This document shows positions 45,723-55,601 of a stretch of 64,000 nucleotides of DNA, piece by piece (the stretch's first letter is position 1; each line of letters begins with the position of its first letter). The DNA is from an uncultured Bacteroidota bacterium. Its GTDB lineage: Bacteria; Bacteroidota; Bacteroidia; Bacteroidales; WCHB1-69. Position numbers and translations under genes: made by a program. The DNA lies in assembly GCA_902770735.1 (NCBI GenBank), contig CACXUB010000001.1:4687-68686 (forward strand), written 5' to 3'. The notes beneath the pieces are model-generated. The model did no database searches. It had not been told where the DNA came from and saw only the letters and a list, made by a program, of their open reading frames with translations.

Positions 45723-48323
45723 TTACCGAATCAATGTGATTGACCCGTTCAAGAGATAATGGATTTCTCCCGCTAACGTGTTGACATACAGCTTGCACCC
45801 GTAGAAGTAAACCCCGTCGGAAGAGGGCAGGTGGGTGGTTTCGTCACTGCCGTCCCACAAGATGTCGGGGTCGGTGGTTCGGAAGACGCGTTTGCCCCAG
45901 CGGTCGTAAATCTCCATCTCGATCTTCGTGACTCCCGAGTAGGGCATGAACGGCGTGAAGAGTTCGTTGATGCCGTCGCCGTTCGGGGTGAAGACGTTCG
46001 GCAGTTGGTAGTCTAAACATTCGAACACGTCAATGCACACGGAATCAGTGAGTTCGGTGATGTTGCGGTTGCTGTCGGCCACGCGCATGGCGTAGCAGCC
46101 GACCAGCACTTCCGATCCGCTCGCGCTGATGGTGTAAGTACACGGCTCCGGATAGCAAATCTGCTCGTTGTCGAACGAGTCGATGCAGGTGAAGGCTCCT
46201 TGCAGCGTCGGTTTGTAATAGATGTAATAGTGCACGGCATCGGTGGCGGCAGAGTCGGAGCTGAACAACCAGTTGAACTCCACGTTTTGGCAGTCGGTGC
46301 TGATAGTGATTTCGGGCAGCTCGGGCGGCTCGTTGTCGTAGGGCGATCCGCAATTCCGCTGCGACCGGTTCCACAACGGACCGATGGTGTCGGGCAACCA
46401 GTAGTAGCCCTCCGCTTTCACGTAATAGCAGTAAATTTTGCCGTTTGCGAGGTTGTAATCCGTGTAGCGGGTCTCCGTGACCGTCGCGATGGAATCCCAG
46501 TCCAAGGTGTGCTCGTTCTGTCTGAAAACGGTGTATTGCACGTTATTCCACGGTTGGCTGTTTGTCCATGTGAGAGTTAACCGCTTGTCGGCCGATGCGA
46601 TGTTGAGGTAGATGGATGTGGCCGGATCGGAATTTTCGATTGTAGTGTCGGAGTTAAGAATGGCCACTTTGTAAGTGTAATCAGAATCCAAAGTATTTAA
46701 ATCATGATCCAGATAGGAAAGTGTATCGTTCGGATTTACGGAAGTTTCGACTGTATGAATCAAGATTTCTTCGTTTAATCCGTTTTTTCTGAACAATTGG
46801 AATTGATACGGAGGCGGGAAAGCGGCGGAATCAACCTCGGGTGGGAAAAGCCAACGCACTTGCAGCGTGCCGTTGCCGGGATCGGTGGTCACGACATCCG
46901 CATTGATGATAATTGGCGCATCGTTGGCGATGTGGGCGCACACTTTTTCGGACACGATGCTTTCGGAACCATCTGGGAACAAGGCAACTACGCGGTAACA
47001 ATATTCGTGACCGTGGTAAAGCGGAAGGGCGGTTCCGTCGTCTGTGAAGGTCGTGTCCGACCAGTCGGTTGTGGTGCCGATTTTCGTGTATCCCGCTTCG
47101 GACGGTAACCCTGTCTGGCAGGAGTCCGGCTCGAAATTGTCCTCTCCGTCCCGACGATAGATATCGTATCCGATTGCATTGGAGCAGGAATCGGGCTGCC
47201 AATCCAAATGAATTACATTGCCTTCCGGAAATGCATTCAAGTTTTTCGGAGCTGGACCGATGATGCGGATACGAAGTGTTTTAAAAGAGACCAGTTCCAC
47301 ATGGGGACCGTTGTCTTTCGCTTTGAAAACGGCTTCGTACGGGTTCAGTTTTATGTGGTTGCACGTTGTATTCCACACAAAATGGGTTGCATACGGAACG
47401 CTGTCGTAGATTTCCGCGAACTGTGCAGGGGAGGTGCTGACGAGAAAAGGTTCGCCAGTGGCTGTCAATCTGACGTGGGTGGATGTGTTGTCGCTGACCC
47501 AAACTAATTGGTCTATTTTGCTGCCTGCGATCACGCATGTGTCGTTCACTTCCACTGTGGGAGGTTGGTTGTTGCATGGCGCCACGGTGATTTGCATATC
47601 GCGAACCATGCTGCCGATTTGTATTCCGTTTCGCCATTCTTCGATAAGAATGGCGATGTTGTATTCCCCAGCCATGGCGGGAGAATCCCATGTCAGGTCA
47701 CCGGTAACCGGGTCTATGGCGATGAAGTTGGACGCGTAGGGTAGCGTGTAGCCTGGAATGTCCTCCCCGTTGTATCCGCGGCAGTTGATCAGCCGGTACG
47801 ACAGACTGTCTCCCTCGGGATCGTAGGCGCCGGGATTGTGATAGAAGGGCACGTTTGTGCAAGCATTGTCCAATGGCGGATTCAGCAGTTGCGGGGACGA
47901 GTTTCCACCTATGAACGGGTTGATAATCAGGATTGTTTCGATGAAAAACGGGATTTCCACCGAGCTTGGGATATTGATGATGCCGGCGTTGCGGTTCGGA
48001 TCCTCAAAGGTGATGTGGAACGTGCCCGCAGCGGAAAAGGTGTGCTGCGCGATATAGATGTTCCGACTGATGTTGTTGTCCAGGTTGATCTTGTTGACAC
48101 GGGGGATTTCCGAGGAGGTTCCGTCGCCCCAGAAAACCTCTATTTCGGGTCGGTCGGCGGGACTTGGCGTGTAGGTGTAGGTGACGATGGTGAATTCGTA
48201 GGTTAAACCGGAAATGTACGTATAGCTGATCTCGCCAGCGCGTTGGTGCGTGGCGCGTGTCAACGGGATAAATGCCGTTAAAACAATGACAGTCAGCAGA
48301 ATACGTAAGAATTTCTGTCCCAT
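45723..48323 (-). CDS. Large secreted protein with T9SS type-B C-terminal sorting domain
   Basis: Signal peptide MGQKFLRILLTVIVLTAFIPLTRA. C-terminus NVFTPNGDGINELFTP...IYDRWGKRVF...WDG...GVYFY matches the gliding-motility-type (type B) CTD. Confidence 0.8.
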   Translation of the reverse strand: MGQKFLRILLTVIVLTAFIPLTRATHQRAGEISYTYISGLTYEFTIVTYTYTPSPADRPEIEVFWGDGTSSEIPRVNKINLDNNISRNIYIAQHTFSAAGTFHITFEDPNRNAGIINIPSSVEIPFFIETILIINPFIGGNSSPQLLNPPLDNACTNVPFYHNPGAYDPEGDSLSYRLINCRGYNGEDIPGYTLPYASNFIAIDPVTGDLTWDSPAMAGEYNIAILIEEWRNGIQIGSMVRDMQITVAPCNNQPPTVEVNDTCVIAGSKIDQLVWVSDNTSTHVRLTATGEPFLVSTSPAQFAEIYDSVPYATHFVWNTTCNHIKLNPYEAVFKAKDNGPHVELVSFKTLRIRIIGPAPKNLNAFPEGNVIHLDWQPDSCSNAIGYDIYRRDGEDNFEPDSCQTGLPSEAGYTKIGTTTDWSDTTFTDDGTALPLYHGHEYCYRVVALFPDGSESIVSEKVCAHIANDAPIIINADVVTTDPGNGTLQVRWLFPPEVDSAAFPPPYQFQLFRKNGLNEEILIHTVETSVNPNDTLSYLDHDLNTLDSDYTYKVAILNSDTTIENSDPATSIYLNIASADKRLTLTWTNSQPWNNVQYTVFRQNEHTLDWDSIATVTETRYTDYNLANGKIYCYYVKAEGYYWLPDTIGPLWNRSQRNCGSPYDNEPPELPEITISTDCQNVEFNWLFSSDSAATDAVHYYIYYKPTLQGAFTCIDSFDNEQICYPEPCTYTISASGSEVLVGCYAMRVADSNRNITELTDSVCIDVFECLDYQLPNVFTPNGDGINELFTPFMPYSGVTKIEMEIYDRWGKRVFRTTDPDILWDGSDETTHLPSSDGVYFYGCKLYVNTLAGEIHYLLNGSITLIR

Positions 48324-48324
48324 T

Positions 48325-48900
48325 TCACTCGATTCTTTTGACTTGGTTGTCGGTTAATATGTATTTTTGGCCGCTTTCCTGACAGACAGCCATATTCGTT
48401 TCGTCAAAGTGTAGCGGATGCCCGTATTCGCTGACCCATCCTGTCTGTTTGGCCGGATTCCCTGTCACCACCGCGTAATCGGGCACATCGTGTGTCACCA
48501 CCGCGCCTGCGCCCACGAGCGCGAATTTGCCGATAGTGTGGCCGCACAGGATGGTGGCGTTTGCGCCGATGGAGGCACCACGCTGCACCAAAGTCGGTCG
48601 GAACTCCTGTTTCCGTTCGATAAAGGCTCTCGGATTGATGACGTTCGTGAATACCACCGATGGACCTAAAAAGACTTCGTCTTCGCACGTAACCCCTTCA
48701 TAGACAGACACATTATTCTGCACTTTCACGTTGTTGCCCAACGTGGCGCGGTTGGCAATCATCACGTTTTGTCCGAGGATGCAGTTTTCGCCGACGACGG
48801 CTTCCGGCATCAAATGGGTGAAATGCCAGATTTTGGTGCCCGCACCAATCCGGCATCCTTCGTCTAAAACGGCTGTTTCGTGAGCGTAAAAATCCTTCAT
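48325..48900 (-). CDS. Hexapeptide-repeat N-acetyltransferase (WbpD/WlbB-like)
   Basis: 191 aa of left-handed beta-helix repeats, ending ...GNPAKQTGWVSEYG. It lies 1 nt from the downstream ATG. Confidence 0.75.
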   Translation of the reverse strand: MKDFYAHETAVLDEGCRIGAGTKIWHFTHLMPEAVVGENCILGQNVMIANRATLGNNVKVQNNVSVYEGVTCEDEVFLGPSVVFTNVINPRAFIERKQEFRPTLVQRGASIGANATILCGHTIGKFALVGAGAVVTHDVPDYAVVTGNPAKQTGWVSEYGHPLHFDETNMAVCQESGQKYILTDNQVKRIE

Positions 48901-50027
48901 AACGGAAAGTTAACGATAGTTTGGCAAATATATTGCAGCTGTTCTTCGGTCAGTTCGGTGTGCATGGGCAGTGACAAAACGTCTTTGCAGAGTTGTTCAG
49001 AAACCGGAAAATCTCCTTCTTGACAGCCTAACGAGCGATAAGCCGGTTGTAGATGAACTGGAACCGGGTAGTAAATCATCGACGGGATGCTGTTTTTCGC
49101 AAGATGTGATTTCACGGCATCTCTTTTTCCATTTTTCACTTTCAGGGTGAATTGGTGGAAGGTGTGGGTAGAGTAGGGGACTTTTGCCGGAAGTTCCAGC
49201 CAATCCACTTCAGATAGTGCTTTGTAGTAGTAGGTTGCGGCGTTTCGTCGTGCCGTGATAAATTCGTCTAAATGTTTCAGTTTGACGTTCAGGATAGCTG
49301 CCTGCAGGGTGTCCAGTCGGGAGTTAAGTCCCACATACTGATGATGATAGCGTTCTATAGAGCCGTGTCGGCAGATGGCGCGTAGTTTTTCCGCCAGTGC
49401 ATCGTCGTCTGTCATCAGTGCGCCGCCGTCGCCGAATCCGCCGAGGGTCTTGGAAGGGAAGAAGGAGGTGCATCCGATTTGGCCGATGGAACCGGCTTTT
49501 TTCACGGAGCCGTCGGGGAAAGTGTATTCCGTGCCCACGGACTGGCAAGCATCCTCTATCACGCTGATATGGTTTGTTTTGGCAATGCATAGCAGCGGTT
49601 CCATGTCGGCGCATTGTCCGTAAAGATGGACCGGGATGATGGCTTTGGTTTTCGGGGTTATGGCACTTTCGACGGCTTGGATGTCCATGTTGAAGGTATC
49701 TTTGCATACATCCACAAAGACGGGTTTGGCTCCGACCAGGGCGATGGCTTCCACGGTGGCGATGAAAGTGAAGGGCACGGTAATGACTTCGTCTCCGGGG
49801 CCGATCCCGAGGGCGAGCAGGGCAGCGGTCAGCGCGTCGGTGCCGTTTCCGCAGCTTATAACATGCTTAGTACCATTGTATTGTGCAAAGTTTTGTTCGA
49901 AATTGGCAACCTCTTCCCCTTGGATGAAGGCGGTGGAATCCAGCACACGTTGGATGGCCGCATCGATTTCCGGTTTGATGCGGAGGTATTGTTTTTTCAG
50001 ATCCACCATGGGAGTCAGGTTCGTCAT
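48897..50027 (-). CDS. DegT/DnrJ/EryC1/StrS-family sugar aminotransferase (WbpE-like)
   Basis: ORF trimmed to MTNLTPMVDLKKQY. The longer ORF would run through tRNA-Trp. The stop overlaps the acetyltransferase start. Confidence 0.85.
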   Translation of the reverse strand: MTNLTPMVDLKKQYLRIKPEIDAAIQRVLDSTAFIQGEEVANFEQNFAQYNGTKHVISCGNGTDALTAALLALGIGPGDEVITVPFTFIATVEAIALVGAKPVFVDVCKDTFNMDIQAVESAITPKTKAIIPVHLYGQCADMEPLLCIAKTNHISVIEDACQSVGTEYTFPDGSVKKAGSIGQIGCTSFFPSKTLGGFGDGGALMTDDDALAEKLRAICRHGSIERYHHQYVGLNSRLDTLQAAILNVKLKHLDEFITARRNAATYYYKALSEVDWLELPAKVPYSTHTFHQFTLKVKNGKRDAVKSHLAKNSIPSMIYYPVPVHLQPAYRSLGCQEGDFPVSEQLCKDVLSLPMHTELTEEQLQYICQTIVNFPL

Positions 50028-50047
50028 TTCGATTTTGATTTGAGGCG

Positions 50048-50055
50048 CAAAGGTA
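50048..50055 (-). promoter_or_regulatory. -7 promoter box (TACCTTTG on the minus strand)
   Basis: Lies 21 nt upstream of ATG 50027. Confidence 0.55.
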
Positions 50056-50077
50056 CAAAAATTCGGGTTAAGATAAA

Positions 50078-50113
50078 AGAAAAAGTCAGGTTTCCGGTAA
50101 CCTGACTTTTTTT
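50078..50113 (-). terminator. Terminator hairpin after tRNA-Trp
   Basis: A-run + agtcaggtt ... aacctgact + T-run. Symmetric, so potentially bidirectional. Confidence 0.7.
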
Positions 50114-50114
50114 G

Positions 50115-50185
50115 CAGGGGAAGAGAGATTCGAACTCCCATCAATGGTTTTGGAGACCACTATTCTGCCCTTAAACTATTCCCCT
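50115..50185 (-). tRNA. tRNA-Trp (anticodon CCA)
   Basis: Hand fold: acceptor AGGGGAA/TTCCCCT, anticodon loop CTCCAAA, T-arm GGGAG-TTCGAAT-CTCTC. The D-stem is short (3 bp). Confidence 0.82.
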
Positions 50186-50236
50186 GTAAAATCGGGGCAC
50201 ATTTAGTACCCCGATTTCATTATTTTTGGTGTTAAA

Positions 50237-51424
50237 TTAGTCTAAGATTTCGGTAACCTGACCAGCGCCGACCGTACGGCCACCCTCGCGGATAGCGAAG
50301 CGGAGGTTTTGGTTCAGAGCGATTTCAGAGAGCAATTCAACGGTGATTTCGACGTTATCACCAGGCATAACCATTTCCACGCCAGCGGGCAGGGTGATGG
50401 CGCCGGTCACGTCCGTGGTACGGAAGTAGAATTGCGGGCGATAGTTGTTGCCAAACGGGGTGTGACGACCGCCTTCTTCTTTCTTCAGCACGTAGACAGA
50501 AGCCTTGAATTTTTTGTGAGGATGGATGGAACCGGGTTTCGCGATGACCATACCACGACGGATTTCGTCTTTGTCGATACCGCGGAGCAGAAGACCCACG
50601 TTATCACCAGCTTCACCTTCGTCGAGGATCTTGCGGAACATTTCCACGCCGGTAACGGTGGATTTCAGTTTCTCAGCGCCCATACCGATGATATCAACGG
50701 GATCGCCAGTGTGGATGACACCAGTCTCGATACGACCGGTAGCCACGGTACCACGGCCGGTGATGGAGAACACGTCCTCAACAGGCATGAGGAAGTCTTT
50801 ATCGATATCACGAGGAGGCAGCGGAATCCAAGTGTCAACGGCATCCATCAGTTCAACGATCTTCTCAACCCACTTGGGCTCGAGGTTCAGGCCGCCGAGG
50901 GCAGAACCGCGGATGACGGGGGTGTTGTCGCCGTCGAAACCGTAGAACGTGAGGAGGTCGCGGATTTCCATTTCAACGAGGTCGAGAAGCTCGGGGTCGT
51001 CAACAAGGTCAACCTTGTTCATGAAGACAACCATTCTCGGCACGCCAACCTGCTTAGCCAACAGGATGTGCTCACGAGTTTGAGGCATAGGACCATCGGT
51101 AGCAGCCACAACGAGGATAGCGCCGTCCATCTGGGCAGCACCAGTAACCATGTTCTTCACATAGTCGGCGTGACCGGGACAGTCAACGTGTGCATAGTGA
51201 CGGTTAGCGGTTTGATACTCGATGTGAGCGGTGTTGATGGTGATACCACGCTCTTTTTCCTCAGGAGCGTTATCGATAGAATCGAAAGATCTGAGTTCAG
51301 AGAGACCTTTTTCAGCCAGCACGGTGGTGATGGCAGCGGTAAGAGTAGTTTTACCGTGGTCAATGTGACCGATAGTACCCACATTCACGTGGGGTTTAGT
51401 ACGTTCAAATTTTTCTTTTGCCAT
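50237..51424 (-). CDS. tuf: Elongation factor Tu
   Basis: 395 aa. [22 protein letters not shown]. Confidence 0.97.
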   Translation of the reverse strand: MAKEKFERTKPHVNVGTIGHIDHGKTTLTAAITTVLAEKGLSELRSFDSIDNAPEEKERGITINTAHIEYQTANRHYAHVDCPGHADYVKNMVTGAAQMDGAILVVAATDGPMPQTREHILLAKQVGVPRMVVFMNKVDLVDDPELLDLVEMEIRDLLTFYGFDGDNTPVIRGSALGGLNLEPKWVEKIVELMDAVDTWIPLPPRDIDKDFLMPVEDVFSITGRGTVATGRIETGVIHTGDPVDIIGMGAEKLKSTVTGVEMFRKILDEGEAGDNVGLLLRGIDKDEIRRGMVIAKPGSIHPHKKFKASVYVLKKEEGGRHTPFGNNYRPQFYFRTTDVTGAITLPAGVEMVMPGDNVEITVELLSEIALNQNLRFAIREGGRTVGAGQVTEILD

Positions 51425-51480
51425 TTTTTATAAATTTATGTTTTTAACTAAAATCCTTATGTTCATTTCAAAAAAAAAAG

Positions 51481-51552
51481 AGCCGTTGATGAGAGTTGAA
51501 CTCATGACCCCATCCTTACCAAGGATGTACTCTACCACTGAGCTACAACGGC
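51481..51552 (-). tRNA. tRNA-Thr (anticodon GGT)
   Basis: Hand fold: acceptor GCCGTTG/CAACGGC, D-arm GCTC-AGTGGTA-GAGT, anticodon loop TTGGTAA, T-arm ATGAG-TTCAACT-CTCAT. Confidence 0.9.
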
Positions 51553-51649
51553 TTTTTTTTTGCTAAAAAAAGAACGTTTCCCGCATTGGGAAATAAGGTG
51601 CGCAAAAATACATTTTTTTTTGATTCTACACCATCTTCCGTAATTTTTT

Positions 51650-52519
51650 TTATTTTTGTTTTAACTTATTGATAGTCAGTATCAAACTATCTCTCCAATA
51701 GGGTATGGAGGTGCCAGTGGCCACCTTGATTTTGCGCAAATTGAAGACGGAAAAGGCAGGTCTGTGTGCTTTTGCGGGATATTCCGACGAGGGAATGGCC
51801 TCCACGCGGCATGGTAATCCGGCGATGTCCATGATCGTTTTGGCGAAGTCAAACCAGCTGCAAACTCCTTCGTTGGCGAAGTGGTAAATTTCTGTTCCTT
51901 GAGTTTCCTCTCCGTTCTCCATCAGTCGGTAAATGACGCGGGCCAGGTCGCCGGCGTAGGTCGGGCCGCCGATTTGGTCGCACACCACGCGCAGACTTTC
52001 CCGCTCCGCGCCCAGCCGCAGCATCGTCTTCACGAAATTGTTGCCGTATTCGGAATAGAGCCACGAGGTGCGGATGATTGTCGCCCGGCATCCGCTCTCC
52101 AAAACCGCTTTTTCGCCGGATAGTTTTGTGCTCCCGTAAACGGAAAGCGGGCCCGTCGGGTCGTCCTCCTTGTACGGAATACACGCGTTGCCCGGGAAAA
52201 CGTAGTCCGTGGAGATGTGGAAAAGGCGCAAATCGTGCTTCCTCGCCGCGTTTGCCAGGTTCCCGACCGCCGTGCAGTTGATCCGGTAGGCGTTCCCTTC
52301 GTCGTCCTCGGCCTTGTCAACCGCCGTGTAGGCCGCCGCGTTGATGATGATGTCGATGCGGTGTTCTATAATATATTGGTCTATCGCGGCTGCATCGGTG
52401 ATATCCAATTCCGCGACATCCGTGTAGAAAAAGCGGTATTTATCCTGATATTCCTTTGCGAGGTCGCGCAGACAATTGCCAAGTTGCCCGTTGGCCCCGG
52501 TGATGAGGATGTTCTTCAT
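51650..52519 (-). CDS. rfbD: dTDP-4-dehydrorhamnose reductase
   Basis: MKNILITGANGQLG... full-length RmlD-like, 289 aa. Confidence 0.88.
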   Translation of the reverse strand: MKNILITGANGQLGNCLRDLAKEYQDKYRFFYTDVAELDITDAAAIDQYIIEHRIDIIINAAAYTAVDKAEDDEGNAYRINCTAVGNLANAARKHDLRLFHISTDYVFPGNACIPYKEDDPTGPLSVYGSTKLSGEKAVLESGCRATIIRTSWLYSEYGNNFVKTMLRLGAERESLRVVCDQIGGPTYAGDLARVIYRLMENGEETQGTEIYHFANEGVCSWFDFAKTIMDIAGLPCRVEAIPSSEYPAKAHRPAFSVFNLRKIKVATGTSIPYWRDSLILTINKLKQK

Positions 52520-52550
52520 AAGTTAATAGTTGATAGATTATAGATAAGAG

Positions 52551-52913
52551 TTATTTCGGAGTATTTTCCTTAGTCGTTTTAACTATAGATGATAACATTC
52601 TGATGAGTTCGTCATTGTCATTCTTTAATGATTTGTATTCCATTTCTGTTAAGTAGTCTGCTGAATAAAGAATTTCAATCCAGTAATCTGTTTCTCCTGC
52701 TTCTTTTAATGCGATATTCATTTTGCTGATGAAATCCTTACGACTTTGGGCAAACAATCCTTCCCTTATGTTAGCACCTATGCTAGTTCCTGATCGAAGA
52801 ATTTGTTTAGACATAATTGTTTCTTTCTTTTTGTCAACTAAAAAACGATAAAGCTTTGCTATTCTTTTTGCGAAAGCCAAACTTTTATCTCCAACTATGC
52901 TCTGCCTCGCCAT
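52551..52913 (-). CDS. Four-helix-bundle protein (23S rRNA intervening-sequence protein family)
   Basis: ILRSGTSIGANIREG...SRKDFISKMNIALKEAGETDYWIEIL. AT-rich. Confidence 0.78.
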   Translation of the reverse strand: MARQSIVGDKSLAFAKRIAKLYRFLVDKKKETIMSKQILRSGTSIGANIREGLFAQSRKDFISKMNIALKEAGETDYWIEILYSADYLTEMEYKSLKNDNDELIRMLSSIVKTTKENTPK

Positions 52914-52958
52914 AACTTTTAACTCTTAACTCTTAACTCCTAACTCTTAACTTAACTC
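52913..52958. repeat. Heptamer array (TTAACTC)n overlapping the stop region of the MBL gene
   Basis: taacttttaactcttaactcttaactcctaactcttaacttaactc. The last codons of 52947..54353 (..IELS*) are encoded by the array. Confidence 0.9.
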
Positions 52959-54353
52959 AATGGTTTCCCGGAACTTCGGCACATACGCCTGCTTGAAACC
53001 GGCGTCTTTCAGATGTTTCGCATACGCGTGGCGGGCGTCGTCCTCGCCGTGTACGACGAAGATTTTCTTCAGCTTCTTGTTCCCCTTCTGGCAGGAGAGG
53101 TAGCGGATGAGCTCGCTGTAGTCGCCGTGACCGGAGAAAGCGTCGATGCGGGCGAGCGTGGCGCGCACTTTGTACTCGTTGCCGAAGATGGAGACGGTTT
53201 CGTCGCCGCGCATGATTTTCGCGCCCAACGTGGTCGGGGCGCAGTAGCCCACGCACAGAATGGTGGTTTTCGGGCTCTCGATATTGTTGGCCAGGTGGTG
53301 TTTGATGCGCCCGGCCTCCATCATGCCGGAGGCGGAGATGATGATGCAGGGACGGTTGTGCTCGTTCAGCGCCTTGGAGTCATCGATGGTGCGCACGTAG
53401 GAGAGTTTGTCGAAACCGAACGGGTCCGGATTCGCCTGCATGAAGGCACGCATCTCCTCGTTGAAGCAGTCGTCGTGCAACCGGAAGATGTTGGTGGCGG
53501 AGCAGGCTAACGGACTGTCCACGAAGCATTCGATGTCGGGCAGGTCGCCGGCGAGTTCCAGGCGGTGCAGTGTATAGACAATCTCTTGCGTTCTGCCGAT
53601 GGCGAACGAGGGGATCAGCAGTTTGCCCTTGCGTTTCGCGCAGGCGTCGCGCACCACGAGCATCAGTTCCTTGTCGGCCTCGTCCAAGGTGGAGTGCAGC
53701 CGGTCGCCGTAGGTGGACTCGGTGATGATGTAGTCGGCGTAGGGGAACGGCTGCGGGTCGGGGAGGATGCGCTTGTCGTAGCGGCCCACGTCACCGGTGT
53801 AGCAGAGCGTGCGGGTCTTGCGTCCCTCCTTGAAGGTGATGTAGATGGCGCTGCTGCCGAGCATGTGGCCGCTGTCGATGAAGTCGATGGCCACCGTCGG
53901 GGTGATGTTGAAGTGCAGCCCGCGCGGGATGCTGATGAAGAGCCGCATGCACTCCACCGCGTCCTTCTCGTTGTAGATCGGCTCGATGGGGGTCTTGCCC
54001 ACGCGCTCGGTCTTCTTGTTGAACTGCCGCGCATCGGCCTCCTGGATTCTGCCCGAGTCGGCGAGCATGATGGCGCAGAGGTCGCGGGTGGCGGGGGTGC
54101 AGAACACCTTGCCGCGGAATCCCAACTTATATATATATGGTATAAGCCCGGCATGGTCGATATGCGCGTGCGAGAGCAGCACGATGTCAATCTTGGTCGG
54201 GTCGAAGCCCAAGTCGCGGTTCATGGCATCGGTCTCCAAACCTTTACCCTGATACATTCCGCAGTCTAACAGTATCTTGATACCGTCTTTGGTGGTCAGC
54301 AGGAACTTGCTGCCGGTGACCTCTTCGGTCGCGCCTAAAAAGTCTAATGTCAT
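52947..54353 (-). CDS. MBL-fold beta-CASP RNA-metabolising hydrolase
   Basis: HAHIDHAGLIP (HxHxDH) and beta-CASP/RMMBL-like C-terminal half. 468 aa. Confidence 0.85.
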   Translation of the reverse strand: MTLDFLGATEEVTGSKFLLTTKDGIKILLDCGMYQGKGLETDAMNRDLGFDPTKIDIVLLSHAHIDHAGLIPYIYKLGFRGKVFCTPATRDLCAIMLADSGRIQEADARQFNKKTERVGKTPIEPIYNEKDAVECMRLFISIPRGLHFNITPTVAIDFIDSGHMLGSSAIYITFKEGRKTRTLCYTGDVGRYDKRILPDPQPFPYADYIITESTYGDRLHSTLDEADKELMLVVRDACAKRKGKLLIPSFAIGRTQEIVYTLHRLELAGDLPDIECFVDSPLACSATNIFRLHDDCFNEEMRAFMQANPDPFGFDKLSYVRTIDDSKALNEHNRPCIIISASGMMEAGRIKHHLANNIESPKTTILCVGYCAPTTLGAKIMRGDETVSIFGNEYKVRATLARIDAFSGHGDYSELIRYLSCQKGNKKLKKIFVVHGEDDARHAYAKHLKDAGFKQAYVPKFRETIELS

Positions 54354-54527
54354 ACTATTGTATTTTATTTTTTCACAATTTTTTGGTGATATTCACGTCC
54401 CTCCGTGTCCGTCACGCGCAACAGGTGCGGAAAGACAACAACATCCGAGAAGTGATACAAAACAAACCAATAAAAAAACTTTCGTTTTCATAATCAGTCG
54501 ATTTTTTTGACACTAATATAAGGGTGA

Positions 54528-55418
54528 CTATTGAATTTTCCTAAAACTTACGTTATAAAATTGTCCTTCCGTAGGAGCGTATGCAGGATACTCCCACGAA
54601 TAAATAAAGAAAACGGTATCATTTATGAATTTTGTTTTGTTTATGTAATTCGGCATATGATAACCGAGATTTTCGCGGAAATAGACAAGATAGGAGCAGG
54701 TGTTTGTGTATTCATAGCCGTTTTCCATGACCCCTCCTCCCTGTTTCTTTTGAATCATCGTGTTTTCTGTGAAAACCAATGTGTCTCCAGGCCATGAATC
54801 TGTACAATTATAATCGGGATCTTCGTTCATGTCTAAAGTCCAGCAACGAGACACCCATGTCCCCAAGTAACGATTAACGGCTGGCACTTCTGGATCAACT
54901 GCATGTGCTTCTGTAGAGGTGTCAATCCTAACGAAACAAGATGTTGTTGTTGGATTGCTTCCTGGGATATTCGCCAGAGTTCCTGTAATTTTTAACTCTG
55001 TATCATCCATACGGAAGCTGTAAACCACCCTGTTGGGCCTTAATTGTTGATTTGTTTCGTAAAAAATCAGGAAAGAGGGCGTGCAATCATACACAAAAGT
55101 CACAGATTCCGAACCGTGCCGAATGGTCAGCACATTGTCAGCCGTAAAAACAATGGTATCAATAGATGTCAGATTATTAGTACAGGCGCATGGGGGCTCC
55201 TCATCTGAGGAAGATTGCCCGCACAGCACCCACGTGCCTATGAATTTGTTGGCAGGCAGGGTGTCCGTGTCCACCACTGGCGGGGTGGGATCCGGTTCGG
55301 GTTCCGGTTCCGGCCGCTCGCACGCGGCGAACAGGGCGGAGAAAGCCAACGCCGCGACGCAAAACACGCCAAGGATACGGCTTCCTCTTTTCGCTAATTG
55401 TAATATCATCTTTCCCAT
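54528..55418 (-). CDS. Hypothetical lipoprotein with an internal two-fold repeat
   Basis: Lipobox LFAAC, PEPEPEPDPTPP linker. The repeats begin NKFIGTWVLCG... and NRYLGTWVSRC... Confidence 0.6.
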   Translation of the reverse strand: MGKMILQLAKRGSRILGVFCVAALAFSALFAACERPEPEPEPDPTPPVVDTDTLPANKFIGTWVLCGQSSSDEEPPCACTNNLTSIDTIVFTADNVLTIRHGSESVTFVYDCTPSFLIFYETNQQLRPNRVVYSFRMDDTELKITGTLANIPGSNPTTTSCFVRIDTSTEAHAVDPEVPAVNRYLGTWVSRCWTLDMNEDPDYNCTDSWPGDTLVFTENTMIQKKQGGGVMENGYEYTNTCSYLVYFRENLGYHMPNYINKTKFINDTVFFIYSWEYPAYAPTEGQFYNVSFRKIQ

Positions 55419-55481
55419 TGTTTTGGGGATTAAATTGGATTATTTGATTCGGCAAAAATACGTTTTTTCGATTTTCGGTCG

Positions 55482-55540
55482 GCGAATTTTGCGAATTGCA
55501 AGTCTGCGAATTTTGCGAATTATGCGAATTGAGAATTGAG
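55482..55540. repeat. Oligomer array (GCGAATT / GAGAATT units)
   Basis: gcgaattttgcgaattgcaagtctgcgaattttgcgaattatgcgaattgagaattgag. Confidence 0.88.
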
Positions 55541-55552
55541 ATCCGAGACGTT

Positions 55553-55580
55553 GTAGGGGCGAATGATTATTCGCCCCTAC
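55553..55580 (-). terminator. Perfect 12-bp stem hairpin after the NarI-like gene (no U-tract)
   Basis: gtaggggcgaat-gatt-attcgcccctac, 22 nt downstream of the stop at 55602. Confidence 0.55.
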
Positions 55581-55601
55581 ATCCCTGAATATCGTTGTTT
55601 C

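Noticed and set aside
45081-50236. Searched for a direct repeat of the tRNA-Trp 3' end (att site) at the far side of the putative island.
   Set aside because: No copy of the tRNA 3' segment (ggagttcgaatctctcttcccct or its complement) is visible near 45080-45180, and there is no integrase. The insertion idea rests only on broken synteny and composition.
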